Assembly (NCBI RefSeq): GCF_036365525.1 | Contig: NC_090375.1 | Span: 185,823,233-185,887,232, forward strand | Source of the DNA: Heterodontus francisci | Taxonomy: Eukaryota | Direction: 5' to 3' | Length of the DNA: 64,000 nt | Shown: positions 25,858 through 37,485 of the stretch, piece after piece | How the letters are laid out: every line of letters starts with the position of its first letter | How positions within the stretch are numbered: the first letter of the stretch is position 1 | Notes under the pieces: generated by a model | Database searches by the model: none | What the model was told of the DNA's origin: nothing | Seen by the model: only the letters and a program-made list of their open reading frames with translations | Program-made: the position numbers and the translations under genes

Positions 25858-26730
25858 GCAGGCAAGTGGGACTAACTGGATTACTCTTTGAAAGAGCAGG
25901 AGCACACTCAATGGGCCAAATGGCCTACGTCTGTGCTATACTATTCTATGATTCCATGGTTATCACATTGTAGAACCTTGTTGTGCACGTTTCCTGCATT
26001 ACAACAATGACTACACTTCAAAAGTGCTTAATTGGCTGCAAAGCTCTTTGGAACATCCTGTGATTGTGAAGGGCATTTCAATTCCAGTATTTCGTTCTTT
26101 AAGCAGGTCAGCATATGAAAGTCATATGAGCAATTAATATTTTCTATTCCTTATAAAATACAGAGCCGCCATATTCCTCCAACTGCCCCGAATCTCTCTT
26201 CCGTGACAGAATAAATTTGAAGAAATATTTATTTGGCAATTGGATAATGAACCTCATACATTTTTCTGGTCGTAAAATTCAAGTTACAAATTACCAGCAT
26301 TTTACTGCGCATGATAAAACATTTTACTGTAGGCTGCTGGGTGAAACAATGTCACAACGTTTCATCGACAGTAATAAAAGTGTAACGCAAAACTGATGAC
26401 AATTTGGAGGAAAAGAGAATCAATGCGAACACATTACCGCTCAGTAAAAAATGAAGATGAATGGTGGCAAACTACAATATGGATTGCTGGAGATATCCTT
26501 TTGAGCTCATAAGGGCTGAGTCTGACTTGTGTCACTTGACAACCATCCTATTTTCATGTAAATGATATTTTGTCATGTTGTGCCAATGCAGGGAGAAAAT
26601 AAATAAATACAAGTCTGGTTAAAACCATTCCGTATCTAAATGCACACTGCACACTCTAGGTTTAATCGGTTAATGTTCCAGTTTGCAACAATCCTTAAAC
26701 GATGCTGTGAAATATATATTTTTTAAATAC

Positions 26731-26937
26731 CTCAACAATGGCACCATCAGGCAGCCGAAGGAAATGCCTGTACAGCTCTTGCAAGCCACTGATGTGTATG
26801 ATGTAGATAGACACATGAGTCGTGATCTCTCTGCAGCCAGCCTCTGATCCAGAGGTTTGATTGTGCTCCTGGGGTCCACAGCTACAGGACGGGTGTGCGG
26901 TGAGCTCATCATTCCAGATGTAGTCGTACACTGCCAC
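26731..26937 (-). CDS. OFCC1: Coding exon of OFCC1/ojoplano-like protein (207 nt, phase 0 to 0): VAVYDYIWNDELTAHPSCSC...REITTHVSIYIIHISGLQELYRHFLRLPDGAIVE
   Basis: Acceptor cttatctcactag|GTG and donor GAG|gtattt; coding-like codon usage; in frame with the preceding exon (ERRK|VAVYDYIW). Confidence 0.85.
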
Positions 26938-28279
26938 CTAGTGAGATAAGGAAGACCCCCCCCAACACCCACCCAGCCCCCCACATATGAGTTTGATTAG
27001 TCATTGTTCAAAGATGCATCCTATCTGAACAGCTCACAGCAAACCTGGAAAGGTTGAGGCACATACCTGCATCAAATTATTGTTATTTAGTATTTCATGT
27101 CAGTCAAGACAGCTTAAAGCAATTGGCATGCATTCCACGTATTTTTGTAGAACAGAGAAGTGGGGGAGATGTTCAATGCAATGGCTTTTCAAATTTGAGT
27201 GTAACATGTCTGTAACTCTCAAGTTCAGCGGCCATGCAGCTCCTCACAAACTTTGAAAGGGACAAATAAAAAAAAAAGCCAGTGTTAAACAGTAGAGCCT
27301 AGCGCAGCTAATTAAGAGAAGTGGTCAAAGGTTTTCTACACAGGATGCAATAAGCACATGGCTAGGTTCCAACATCTTAGCTGACAAGAAACCACAAAAT
27401 AGTTTCTTAGTGAACGGTGACACACCACTGAAAATCATCCTGTTGTAACAAAAAAAGTATGAAAACTGACAATGAAGACAAGTAATGACAGGTTAGTATA
27501 TTGCAAGTTTCAGAGAGTTTGTTTGGTGCAGTCACGGCTCCTTTTAATCCTCGTGAGTTTTCTTTTAACATACTGCAATTCTTTAAACATTTTCAACAAT
27601 TAACTCTGACTGCTTGTCATAACTCTCATTTCCAAGGTAACATATTTACAAGATTCTGTTGTTTTTGTTGGGTAAGGTTGAGATTGTTGCTGGTGCTTTT
27701 TGTTTACAAGTGCTGAAAGCCTCCACATCCCACACCATCTTCCTGCTGCTGTGATTAGCAGGAGGCAGGAGTGTGGAGTGAATAAAAAGCGAAATCAATG
27801 AAATTGATTTCACCTACTACAAAAATGCATAAATAAGTAACATGCTGAAAATGGACTCTCCTTTGATACGAATACTCCTGGTCTTTTCACTTTCATGCTT
27901 GCGTATAAAAGATTGTATTCATGGCAGCTTTGAGCGTGAATATTGCCACGGAATTTCTCAACTTTTTTTTACAACTTGCTTGTTACTCTACGAGGATTAT
28001 TAGACTGCAGTTCAATAGGTGTAGGTAAAGGTCACAGTAATGTGCTCATCTAACACAAAGCTATTTGGGGTGGCTGTTTGGCATTGCAATAGTTGCATGC
28101 AGAACTTAAACATGCCAAATTGCACTCAAGATCCATTAACTCTTATGGAATATACCTTTAAGTGTGCCTAATGAAATTTAGTTAATGATTCATTACAATG
28201 ATGATACAAGTTTCATTCAGTTAGGTGCGATATCAGAGTTGACAAGAGGCTCACTATACACAATTTTTACAATATGCAA

Positions 28280-28508
28280 TACTTTTACACAGAGAGTTGT
28301 TATGATCTGGTATGCACTGCCTAAAAGGGCAATGGAAGCAGATTCAATAGTAACTTTCAAAAGGGAGTTGGATCTCTACATAAAAAAAGATAAATTTGAA
28401 GGGCTACATGAAAAGAGCAGGGGAGTGGGACTAATTGGATAGCTCTTTCAGGGAGCTGGTGCAGGCCCGATGGGCCGAGTGCCCTCCTTCTGTGCTGTAT
28501 AATTCTGT
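28280..28508 (+). mobile_element. CR1 3' fragment
   Basis: FTQRVVMIWYALP followed by tail gatgggccgagtgccctccttctgtgctgt. Confidence 0.8.
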
Positions 28509-28799
28509 ACACGAACACAAACGTACAAGATAGTTGGAAAACTGTGCAGGGGTAGGGATCTGCAATGATAGAACTATACATGTATGTGTACACCCAGTGC
28601 AATAGTTTGACAGTGTTAGCAAGACAAGTTGGAACAGGCAAATGATCAGTGCCAAGCTGAACAGTTTTGCCTATTCAGCACCTGCTCAGGTCATTGACTG
28701 CACAGAATTAGAAACTCTGCAAGTGAAAGCTCCCAACATTTTACATCATTAGAAACAAATTTTCAGAATTGCTCCTTCCTACATTTTTGATTTTGTTTC

Positions 28800-31700
28800 A
28801 GTTGCAGTTTTCAAGTGACCTCATCCAGTCGGGAGCAGGCTGCAGCCAGCACTGATGAGCAGTCGCACGCTATGGTGGCAAAATTCAGTTGCACAGCACT
28901 CATACTGATTCAGGACCAAAATAGCATCTGCATTGTGTACGGACACTTCTATTGCTGGCAAACCCGGCTGCCATTTTGGTAAGAATGTTAAGCATGGGCG
29001 CTGGGAGCTCGGAAGCAAGCAGAATAGACAGATTTTGGATCCAGTCAGTGTGTAATGTTGATCTGTGTCTAGCGGTGCCATTTTCAACCTGAATGCTCTA
29101 GTTCACACCCTCTCCGAACTTTGCACACTGAACCAGCATTACTTAAAAGAATCATCAGCTACTTTGGGGTTAGTTGCTGATTGATTTCTGCTGGCTGCTG
29201 CTAAGTTAGCAACATGTTTGGTGGTTTGTACTGCTATTTAAAGTTGTTGAAGTTTACAGGGAGTGGTGTGGCATGTGGTGAAGGCCTTGGTTCTGACTTC
29301 AAGGATTTTGCTCAGACCACTTACCCCCAGGCATGGGTGTAGTAGTGGCCTTCAGCAAGTTAGGGAGAATGAGCTGAGGTGACACCAGCTGCTCAAAGAG
29401 GGAGCAGGAAGGGGAGAAGGGATCTCAGCAGGAGGCCATATCTGCCCAGGATCTTCAGGCAGCAATTCTCCTATCTTAGCCTCAGTGAGGAACAGGGCGT
29501 TAGATGCTTTTGCTTCACCAAGTAGGTGTTCACTGAAATCTGCCACTTGTTGCAGCCTGAACAGCAGTCTCAGAGCGTCCTCTTGGCTGAAATAAAAGTG
29601 ACCGCAAAACAAACATTCCAAACCAACTTTATCAAACAAACCATTCAATCTTCCATACCAAAGCCAACTAATCATCCATGTGCATTCCCGTAGTGTTTGT
29701 CTTCCATGCACTTTTGCCTGTCCTACTGTTCCTACGCAGTGCAGAGTGGCATTGGTGGCAGGATGATTACTGTCAGGTTTGTGCTCCAGGGAGCCACTGA
29801 CATTCCAATGGGGCAGTGCCTCAGTAATCCTAGTAATGTGTTGGAGGATAGGTTGCTAGAATGCTGTGACACCCTGCAAGCACCTTTGGACGCTGGAATC
29901 CATGGCTATAGCAGTCTGAGCTGCACGGTAGCATGCTGAGCTTGCATGAGTTCACTCAGATCTTCTACTGCAGCAGCCAGATGCTTCTGCATGTGCTACA
30001 ATAGAAGCTGAGACATCAGCCATCAGATGCTGCATCATCATTAGGTCTGCTAGTGTTCTCATGAAGTTGGCCACCACTTCCAAGCTGGCAAGAATGGGCT
30101 CCAAGCTCTGTGCAAAGCCCTGTGCCAAGTTGGTGCTTGACTCCTCCACGCTCTTTGACGGTGATTGCAGGCTCTCTGGTGGGCCTGCCAATGCACCAAG
30201 CATTTCAGTGTGCATACCCATCAGACCTTTTCTGTAGGGAGCCCTATTGAAGACTTCATCTGAGTTCTCTGAGGCAGAACTCGTTCACTGCCTTGCATGC
30301 CAGTGAGCTGGCACTTGCACTACCCTTGTCCTCCACCCTGGCTGCAGATCGCCCATGCCTGGTGACTCACCATGTGCAGATCCTGCCTGTAAGCTGTCCT
30401 CTAAAGTACACTCAGTGTTAGTACTTGAGCTGGTGGCTGTGAGTGTGAGAGCAAGTGATGGTGTTTCTTCTTCATCATTGCCTTCCTGCACTGCTACCTT
30501 GCACTACTGACTGGCCAGGTTGTAATTCTTGGCTATTTGAAAGGAGAAAGGCACAAGGGTAAGGTTGTTTTGAGGGGAGGGGTAAAAGCAAGAGGTGCAC
30601 GTTTACATTATCTGCAGCTTGTAAATCAGAAGAGATTGTAGGATGTGAGAAGTGAGGAGCAGGATTAGGTTTCAGCATACCATCATTTTCAATGGTTTCC
30701 GTGCCACCATTGGCCATGGTCTCAGTCATGGCTGATCCAGTGATGGTGAGTACTATCTCCTCCATCAGAATGAGGACATGCAGCCATGCCTGTCCCCTGC
30801 CAATCAGCTCTGCTCCCTCTTGTTATGTGCCACCTTATCCTGCAAGAGAGAGGGAAGTGTGTCAGTGAGTGTCATAGAGTCATTAAGGGCACAGAAGGAT
30901 GCCATTCGGCCCATTGAGTCCATGCTGGCTCTCCACAGAGCTATGCAGTCAGTCCCACTCCCGACTAGCCCTGCAAGTCTATTTCTCTCAAGTGGCCATC
31001 CAATTTCTTCTTGAAGTCATTGATTGTTTCTGCTTCCACCACTCTTGTGGGCAGCGAGTTCCAGTTCATCACCACACGCAGCGTTAGAAGTTCTTCCTTA
31101 TATTCCCCCAGAACTGGACACAATACTCCAGTTGAGGCCTAACCAAAGCTTTATAAAGGTTCAGCATAACTTCCCTGCTTTTGTACTCAATGCCTCTATT
31201 TATGAAGCCCATGATCCCAGATGCTTTACGAACCAGTCTCTCAACATGTCCTGCCACCTTCAAAGATTGATGCACATGCACCCCAGATGCCTCTGTTCCT
31301 GTACACTCTTTAGACCTGTGCCTATTCCTATTCCTTCTGCTAAAATGTATCACCTCACACTTGTCAGTATTAAATTTCATCTGCCACCTCTCTGCCCATT
31401 CTGCTAGCCAACTATGTCCTGTTGCAGGCGATTCATATCATTCTCACTGTTTGCCGCACCTCCAAGTTTGGTATCGTCAGCAAATGTTGAGATTCTACTC
31501 TGTATTCCAAGATCCAAGTCATTTATATATAGTAAAAAAAGCAGTGGTCCCAGCACTGACCCTTGGGGAGCACCACTGTCTGCCACCCTCCAGTCTGAAA
31601 AGCAACCATTTATTCTGACTCCCTGTTTTCTGTCCTTAAGCCAATTTTTTTATCCAATTTGACACTGACATTCCTATTCCATGAGCTTCAATTTTCTTAA

Positions 31701-32470
31701 CCAGCTGGAGCAGGAGTGTGATGCAATGTGCTGGGGTGATGTGGATGTCATAGTTGAAAGTCTGCAGTATGTACAAGCTGTGATATGTCGGTGTGGGGCT
31801 TGCAGCAGTGCTAAGTCTATGAGGCATATGAATGTTATCAGTCGTGATTGATAAAGATTGTTGTTAGGTGAGTGATGAGGGCGTGATCTATTAAGCAGTG
31901 TAAGAAGCTGGTTAGAGCAGTTGGTGGGATAAGGCATTTGACGATGCATTTACTTGACTACTTGTGCGAGGTCATTGAACTTCTTGCGGCACCGCATCCA
32001 GGTCGTCAGGGCTACAGTCCTGGCACTGACCATTATATCTATCTGCTCCCACTGCCTTCTGAGAGTTTGTCTGGAGGACCTGCTAGTAAGTAACATCTCT
32101 CCTCCTCTGCACCTCCTCAACCTAGGCCTCCAGTGCAGCATCATGAAATCTTGGAGCCCGCTCTCTGACAAATTGTTCCACCATTCAGTGTTCTTCTTGC
32201 TTACACTCTCTTCTGCAACTAGCTCCAGCACCTGCTGCAGCCAGAATGCACTTCCCCATTAACAGGTGCAGGCTGGCTTTAAGTAATGCTAGCCTCTCAT
32301 GATTTTGCACCCCCTGCTCAGGCATGCAGCCACTCAACAGCATGCTCAGCATTGGCCGTGTGCAGCAATGATGTAAATGAGCAGGTAACTCGAAGTTTGC
32401 GTGCTGTTTGCATCGGAAGCAATGGGTGCCCCTACACCCAATTTTGGGCCTTGTCGAATTACGCGACTAT
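28800..32470. mobile_element. Degenerate two-gene Harbinger transposon: transposase N-terminal remnant (+, about 29330-29570) and intron-containing Myb/SANT-like gene (-, about 32190-29750)
   Basis: Plus strand RRPYLPRIFRQQFSYLSLSEEQ..FTEICHLLQP; minus strand MVEQFVRERAPRFHDAALE..LRRQWEQI..WMRCRKKFNDL, then cttgcag|GATAAGGTGGCACATAAC (DKVAHN) and donor GATG|gtatgc. Confidence 0.75.
30872..31705 (-). mobile_element. CR1 inserted in an intron of the Harbinger Myb-like gene
   Basis: [26 protein letters not shown] and [13 protein letters not shown]; gagtgt on both flanks. Confidence 0.85.
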
Positions 32471-33439
32471 TATCTGATTTCCACCCAATCTGTCTGATGT
32501 GGTTCTTAACTCTCAAAAAAGGTTTATGGGACCTGGGAGACTCAGGAAAAAGCAGCGTAAAATATTCTGCACTTCAATAAAAAAGTAGAATATCAAGATG
32601 TTGAATAATTAGAATACAGTATGTCAGTTAGAAATAAAGTCAACCATAAATTTAAAATAACAAAAATTTTAGAGACCGAGAGTATGGGGGGAGGAAGACA
32701 GGGCACAATGCCAAGTTTTTTAAAACTTTTTTATAGGGTTTTAATTTTGTAGCATATTAAAATATAAAGCTACTTCTGACTATCCATTACCTTTTATTGC
32801 TGTACTATTAGAGGTGTTTGAGCATTGCAGAGTGTGAACTGAATGCTTAAAATAATAGCTTGTCCAAGGTGACTGGAATTCCTTTGATTTGCTGGTCTAA
32901 GGGTTAATGTTTATATTCCACTTCTAATGCAATCAGTTAAAAGGTTATTTAACAGAAGAATAAAGCAAAATGAACCTCTTCAGAAAGCTAAGCAAGAAAT
33001 GAGTTAAATATCTAGAGAGATTCATTTGTTTCATTAATACAGATACAAGCAAACAAGTAAGATCCAAGTGTATTTAATTAATGCACCCTAACTAATGCCA
33101 ATCTTTATATACATTCTGTATTTGCTGATGGATATTAATTTGAAGGGCTATAATAGTAATGGCTGAAACTACTGAACCACGAAAAGCAGTTTGTTTATGA
33201 TTTTGCAGCTCCTACTTTAATGCCACGTGTATGTCCCAATCTTTATTTGATTTCCATTAAATTATAAATGTAAAAGTGAAGGATAATCAGTGCTTTTAAC
33301 TTCCTGGTTTGCTGCCTGTGGTAATACTTCAATGTGATTGGCTACTTACCCAGCTTGATGGTATCACTGTTCCTGGATTCCTGGAGATTCCCTTGACTTA
33401 GTGCCAGATTCACAATGATGTCGAGAAAGCAACATCAGC

Positions 33440-35012
33440 AACAACAGCAATGTGGTTGACTCTTAAATGCCCTGTGAAATAGCCTAGCAAGCCACTCAGT
33501 TGTATCTAACCACAACAAAGTCAATAAGGAATTAAACCAGCCGGACCACCCGGCATCGACATACGCACCGGAAACGACAATGGCAAACACAGCCCTGTCG
33601 ACGCTGCAAAGTCCTCCTTACTAACATATGGGGGCTTGTGCCAAAGTTGGGAGAGCTGTCCCACAGACTAGTCAAGCAACAGCCTGACATAGTCATACTC
33701 ACGGAATCATACCTTACAATGTCCCAGACACCGCCATCACCATCCCCAGGTATGTCCTGCCCCACCGGCAGGACAGGCCCAGCAGAACTGGTGACACAGT
33801 GGTATATAATTGGGAGGGAGTGGCCCTGGAAGTCTTCAACATCGACTCCAGACCCCATGAAGTCTCATAGCATCAAGTCAAACATGGGCAATAAAACCTC
33901 CTGCTGATTAATTACCACCTACCGCCCTCCCTCAGCTGATGAATCAGTAGTCCTTCCTGTTGAACACTACTTGGAGGAAGCACTGAGGGTGGCAAGGGTG
34001 CAGAATGTACCCATCACCAAGAGTGGCTCGGTAGCACCACTACTGACCGAGCCCGCAGAGTCCGAAAGGACATAGCTGCTAGACTGGACTGTAGCAGGTG
34101 GTGAGGAAACCAACAAGAGGGAAAAACATACTTGACCTCGTCCTCACCAATCTGCCGACCGCAGATGCATCTGTCCATGACAGTAATGGTAGGAGTCATT
34201 ACATTGAGGATATCCTCCATCGTGTTGTCTGACACTACCATCATGCTAAATGGGATAGATTTCGAACAGATCTAGAAATGCAAAACTGGGCATCCATGAG
34301 GCGCTGTGAACCATCAGCAGCAGCAGAATTGTACTCAACCACAATCTGTAACCTCATGGCCCAGCATATCCCCCACTCTACCATTACCATCAAGCCGGGG
34401 GACCAACCCTGGTTCAATGAAGAGTGCAGGAGGGCATGCCAGGAACAGCACCAGGCATACCTCAAAATTAAGTGTCAACGTGGTGAAGCTGCAACCCAGG
34501 ATTACTTGCATGCCAAACAGTGTAAGCAGCATGCCATAGAGCTAAGCGATCCCATAACCAACGGATCAGATCTAAGCTCTGCATTCCTGCCACATCCAGT
34601 CGTGAATGGTGGTGGACAACAACTAACTGGAAGAGTCGGCTCCACAAAAATCCCCATCTACAAGATGCACTGCAGCAACACACCAAGGCTCCTTAGACAG
34701 CACCTTCCAAACCTGTGACTTCTATCACCTAGAAGGACGAGGGCAGCAGATGCATGGGACCACCACCACCTGCAAGTTCCCCTCCAAGCCACACACCATC
34801 CTGACTTGGAACTATATCACCATTCCTTCACTGTCGCTGGGTCAAAATCCTGGAATTCCTTTCCTAACAGCACTGTGGGTGTACCTACCCCACATGGACT
34901 GCAGCGGTTCAAGAAGGCAGCTCACCACCACCTTCTCAAGGGCAATTAGGGATGGGCAATAAATGCTGTCCTATCCAGTGATGCCCACATCCCAGGAACA
35001 AATATAAAAAAG
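33440..35012 (+). mobile_element. Family-B LINE with endonuclease and 3' end but the RT domain deleted
   Basis: APE endonuclease start (NIWGLVPKLGELSHRLVKQQPDIVILTESYL), linker PWFNEEC, then a direct jump to IYKMHCS and the 3' tail matching 10684-11040. Confidence 0.8.
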
Positions 35013-35069
35013 GGGAAATCCACACCACAGAGATCGCTAGATCTTAGCAGGCAGCTTACTTCGAAGTGA

Positions 35070-35520
35070 TGAACTTTTATGTGTTTGGCTCCTTCCAGGC
35101 TGGAGCTGTAAATATTTTCAACATCTCGCCATCCTCTGTTCCTCTGTTATGTAAGGGAGATCACTGGTGCTCAATCCCTCTTGCCAGACAAAAGCAGGTG
35201 GAGGGAGCATGCAGCTTCTCTAGGATTGCAGACATCTCCAGGGTGCAGGGTACCAATGACTAGCCGCACATCACTTTGTGGATACCATATGTCAACTCTT
35301 CTCCATATTGGAACTGACAGGGATTCCACTCCCTCCACCTCCAGCTGGTGTGTGACCATAGGCAGCAACTCATGCAGGTCGATGGCCGGTCTCCTGGCAG
35401 CAGTCATGATGCCTTCATTCTGTGGCAGTCCACTGTGTCAGCTAATGACTGAGTGTGAAATCAAGTGACTGTGCGTCTTCATCATCACTGTCTTCGTGCT
35501 GTTCCTCCATTTTCGGGGGC
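35070..35520. pseudogene. Harbinger remnant (transposase fragment on +)
   Basis: FYVFGSFQAGAVNIFNIS and IADISRVQGTND resemble FFASGSFQ and IAGFPxVQGxID. Confidence 0.55.
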
Positions 35521-36067
35521 TATCAAATTTAGCCTCCTGTTTGTCTCAGTGAAGATTCTTCAATCAGATTGGTTGATGAGCCGCAATGTTTCTTAGAGTT
35601 GTTTAGGCTGATTGTTTGTAACTATGAGCTACTGGATATGTACACTCACTCATTCACAAATGTTGATGTTATTTATCAAGATGAAGGATGATACTATCCA
35701 ATTTCAAGTATCACTTCTGCTCTACATAGAACTGAAAAGCCCAGATGGAATTCTAAGCTGCAGAAAGGCCTAGTATCTCAATTCCGAAACTACCTGGAGC
35801 TTAACTATTTTAAATCTGTAAAGAATGAAAGCCTACCTGGGTTTCCATGATTGATTCAGTAAGTGGCAGGTTATGGATTTCAATATGAATGTGAGGATTA
35901 ATCATATGTAATGAGGTTTGTTGCTTTTTCTCAATGGATGAAAGTACTCTGTTAAACCAATATAAGCAACTATACCTGGATAATGTCCTTGACTAGTGGA
36001 TGTTATTGGGAAAGTCTAATGGTGCAGCACATTGGTGCTTCAAATGGCTGCTTCATAAAGTGATAGA

Positions 36068-36357
36068 TTGCATGTTTGTACCTGCAATTAGCCTCGCAGT
36101 GAGTGTTACTACCTCAGCTGTATCATTACAGGTAAAAACCAAGCAGATACAAATTTCATTCGGCTAGCGGAGGTATCAGGGTCATTATAAGGCTCATTAA
36201 TATGACATAAAAATTTGCATGTTTGTATCTGCAATTAGCCTTGCGATGAGTGGAATTACCTCAGCTGTGTCACTGCAGGTAATAACCAAGCAGATAGAAA
36301 TTTCATTCAGTTAGCTGAGGCATCAGGGTCATTATAAGGCTCATTAATATGGCATAA
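36068..36357. repeat. Tandem duplication, two 143-bp copies with a 147-bp period
   Basis: 36068-36210 versus 36215-36357: 17 mismatches and no indels by manual alignment. Confidence 0.92.
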
Positions 36358-37485
36358 TATCTCTTTATGTGGCTCTGTGTCAAATTTTTAAGAGAGGTGT
36401 GCAAAAACTGGGTCAAAGAGGTCGCTTTTAAGGAGCATCTTAAATGAGGAGAGGTAGAGAGGTTTAGCAAGGAATTCCAGAGCCTAGGGCCCAGGTAGCT
36501 GTAGGTAGATATTACCTATCTACATTATATAATATCTGTAGATAAGCAGATAGATAGATGGATGTTTAAGGGTGCTTTCCCAAAGGGAGGGTGTAAACAA
36601 AACGAAGAGGCCAATAAGTTCAGCCTGCTCTCATTCAGATCATAGTGGCCAGTGACAGAGCAACAATAACAGAAGCCCAAGAGAAAGTCTTGGGGTACTC
36701 TGTGGGCTGGAAATGGTAAGAGTGTAAGGGGAGCAAAAAAAAGTGCATGCTAAAACAGCTTGTAGCTAATGCGCTCTGTTCACGCTTTATGTTTAACTAG
36801 GAGCACTATATCTAAACTGAAGGCCTGAGCCCCCTTTCTTAAATTCACTTACAAATCGCTCTTTCTGCTTCAGGTCCAGAGACCTTAGGATTTGATTATC
36901 TTTCAATACATTTCAGTTTGGTTCCTGACTCACAGGAAAAGCCCTTCAATATAAAATATCTCAGCCTCACCTCCAATTTCCACCATTTTGTCAAACATAA
37001 AAAGGCTTGGCCCATTTGTCAGTGCTGTGCTGTGCTCTGGGGCCATGCTATGAGGTAACTATGGGCTAACCACTGCTGGAGGGAAGACATTGGAGCTCAT
37101 CAGTATGAGTGACAGAAGAGATCTTCATTATATGATGAGAGAGGATCAACGTTTAAATGTCAAAAGCCATGTATATATAACAACTCACATTGATATAGCA
37201 TCATCAACCTAGTAAAATGTCCCAAGGCACTTCATAGGAGAGTTATCAAACAAAATTTGATACCGAGCCACATAAAAAGCAATTAGGAAAGGCGACCAAA
37301 AGCTTGGTCAAATAGATAAGTTTTAAGGAGCATCTTAAAAGAGGAGAGAGAAGTAGAGAGGCAGAGAGGTTTAGAGAAGGAACTCCAGATCTTAGCGCCT
37401 AGGCAGCTGTAGGTAGATACTATCTATCTAGTTAATATACTATATGTAGATAGATAGACAGACGGACAGATGGATGGATGTTTAC
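36358..37485 (-). repeat. Two L2 3'-end fragments, each followed by the same gtaggtagata/(GATA)n junction (about 36400-36570 and 37185-37485)
   Basis: Shared tttaaggagcatcttaaa..agctgtaggtagata..gatggatgttta. Confidence 0.7.

Larger units (their letters stand above)
24460..25955 (+). mobile_element. CR1 3' part hosting a hAT MITE and a DeuSINE
   Basis: DDMKLG and ORF 24842-25330 (LEYSVQVWAPYFRKD..QRRLRED); tail ctattctatgattcc. Confidence 0.85.
24185..26076 (+). mobile_element. DeuSINE split by a CR1 insertion (head and core 24185-24435; remainder 25958-26076)
   Basis: Both halves are collinear with the intact copy at 7800-8225. Confidence 0.7.

Noticed and set aside
36068-36357. Repeat considered as a CRISPR array or HDV-like ribozyme
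   Set aside because: Only two long units with no spacers in a eukaryotic context; P3/L3 and J4/2 geometry do not match the HDV consensus
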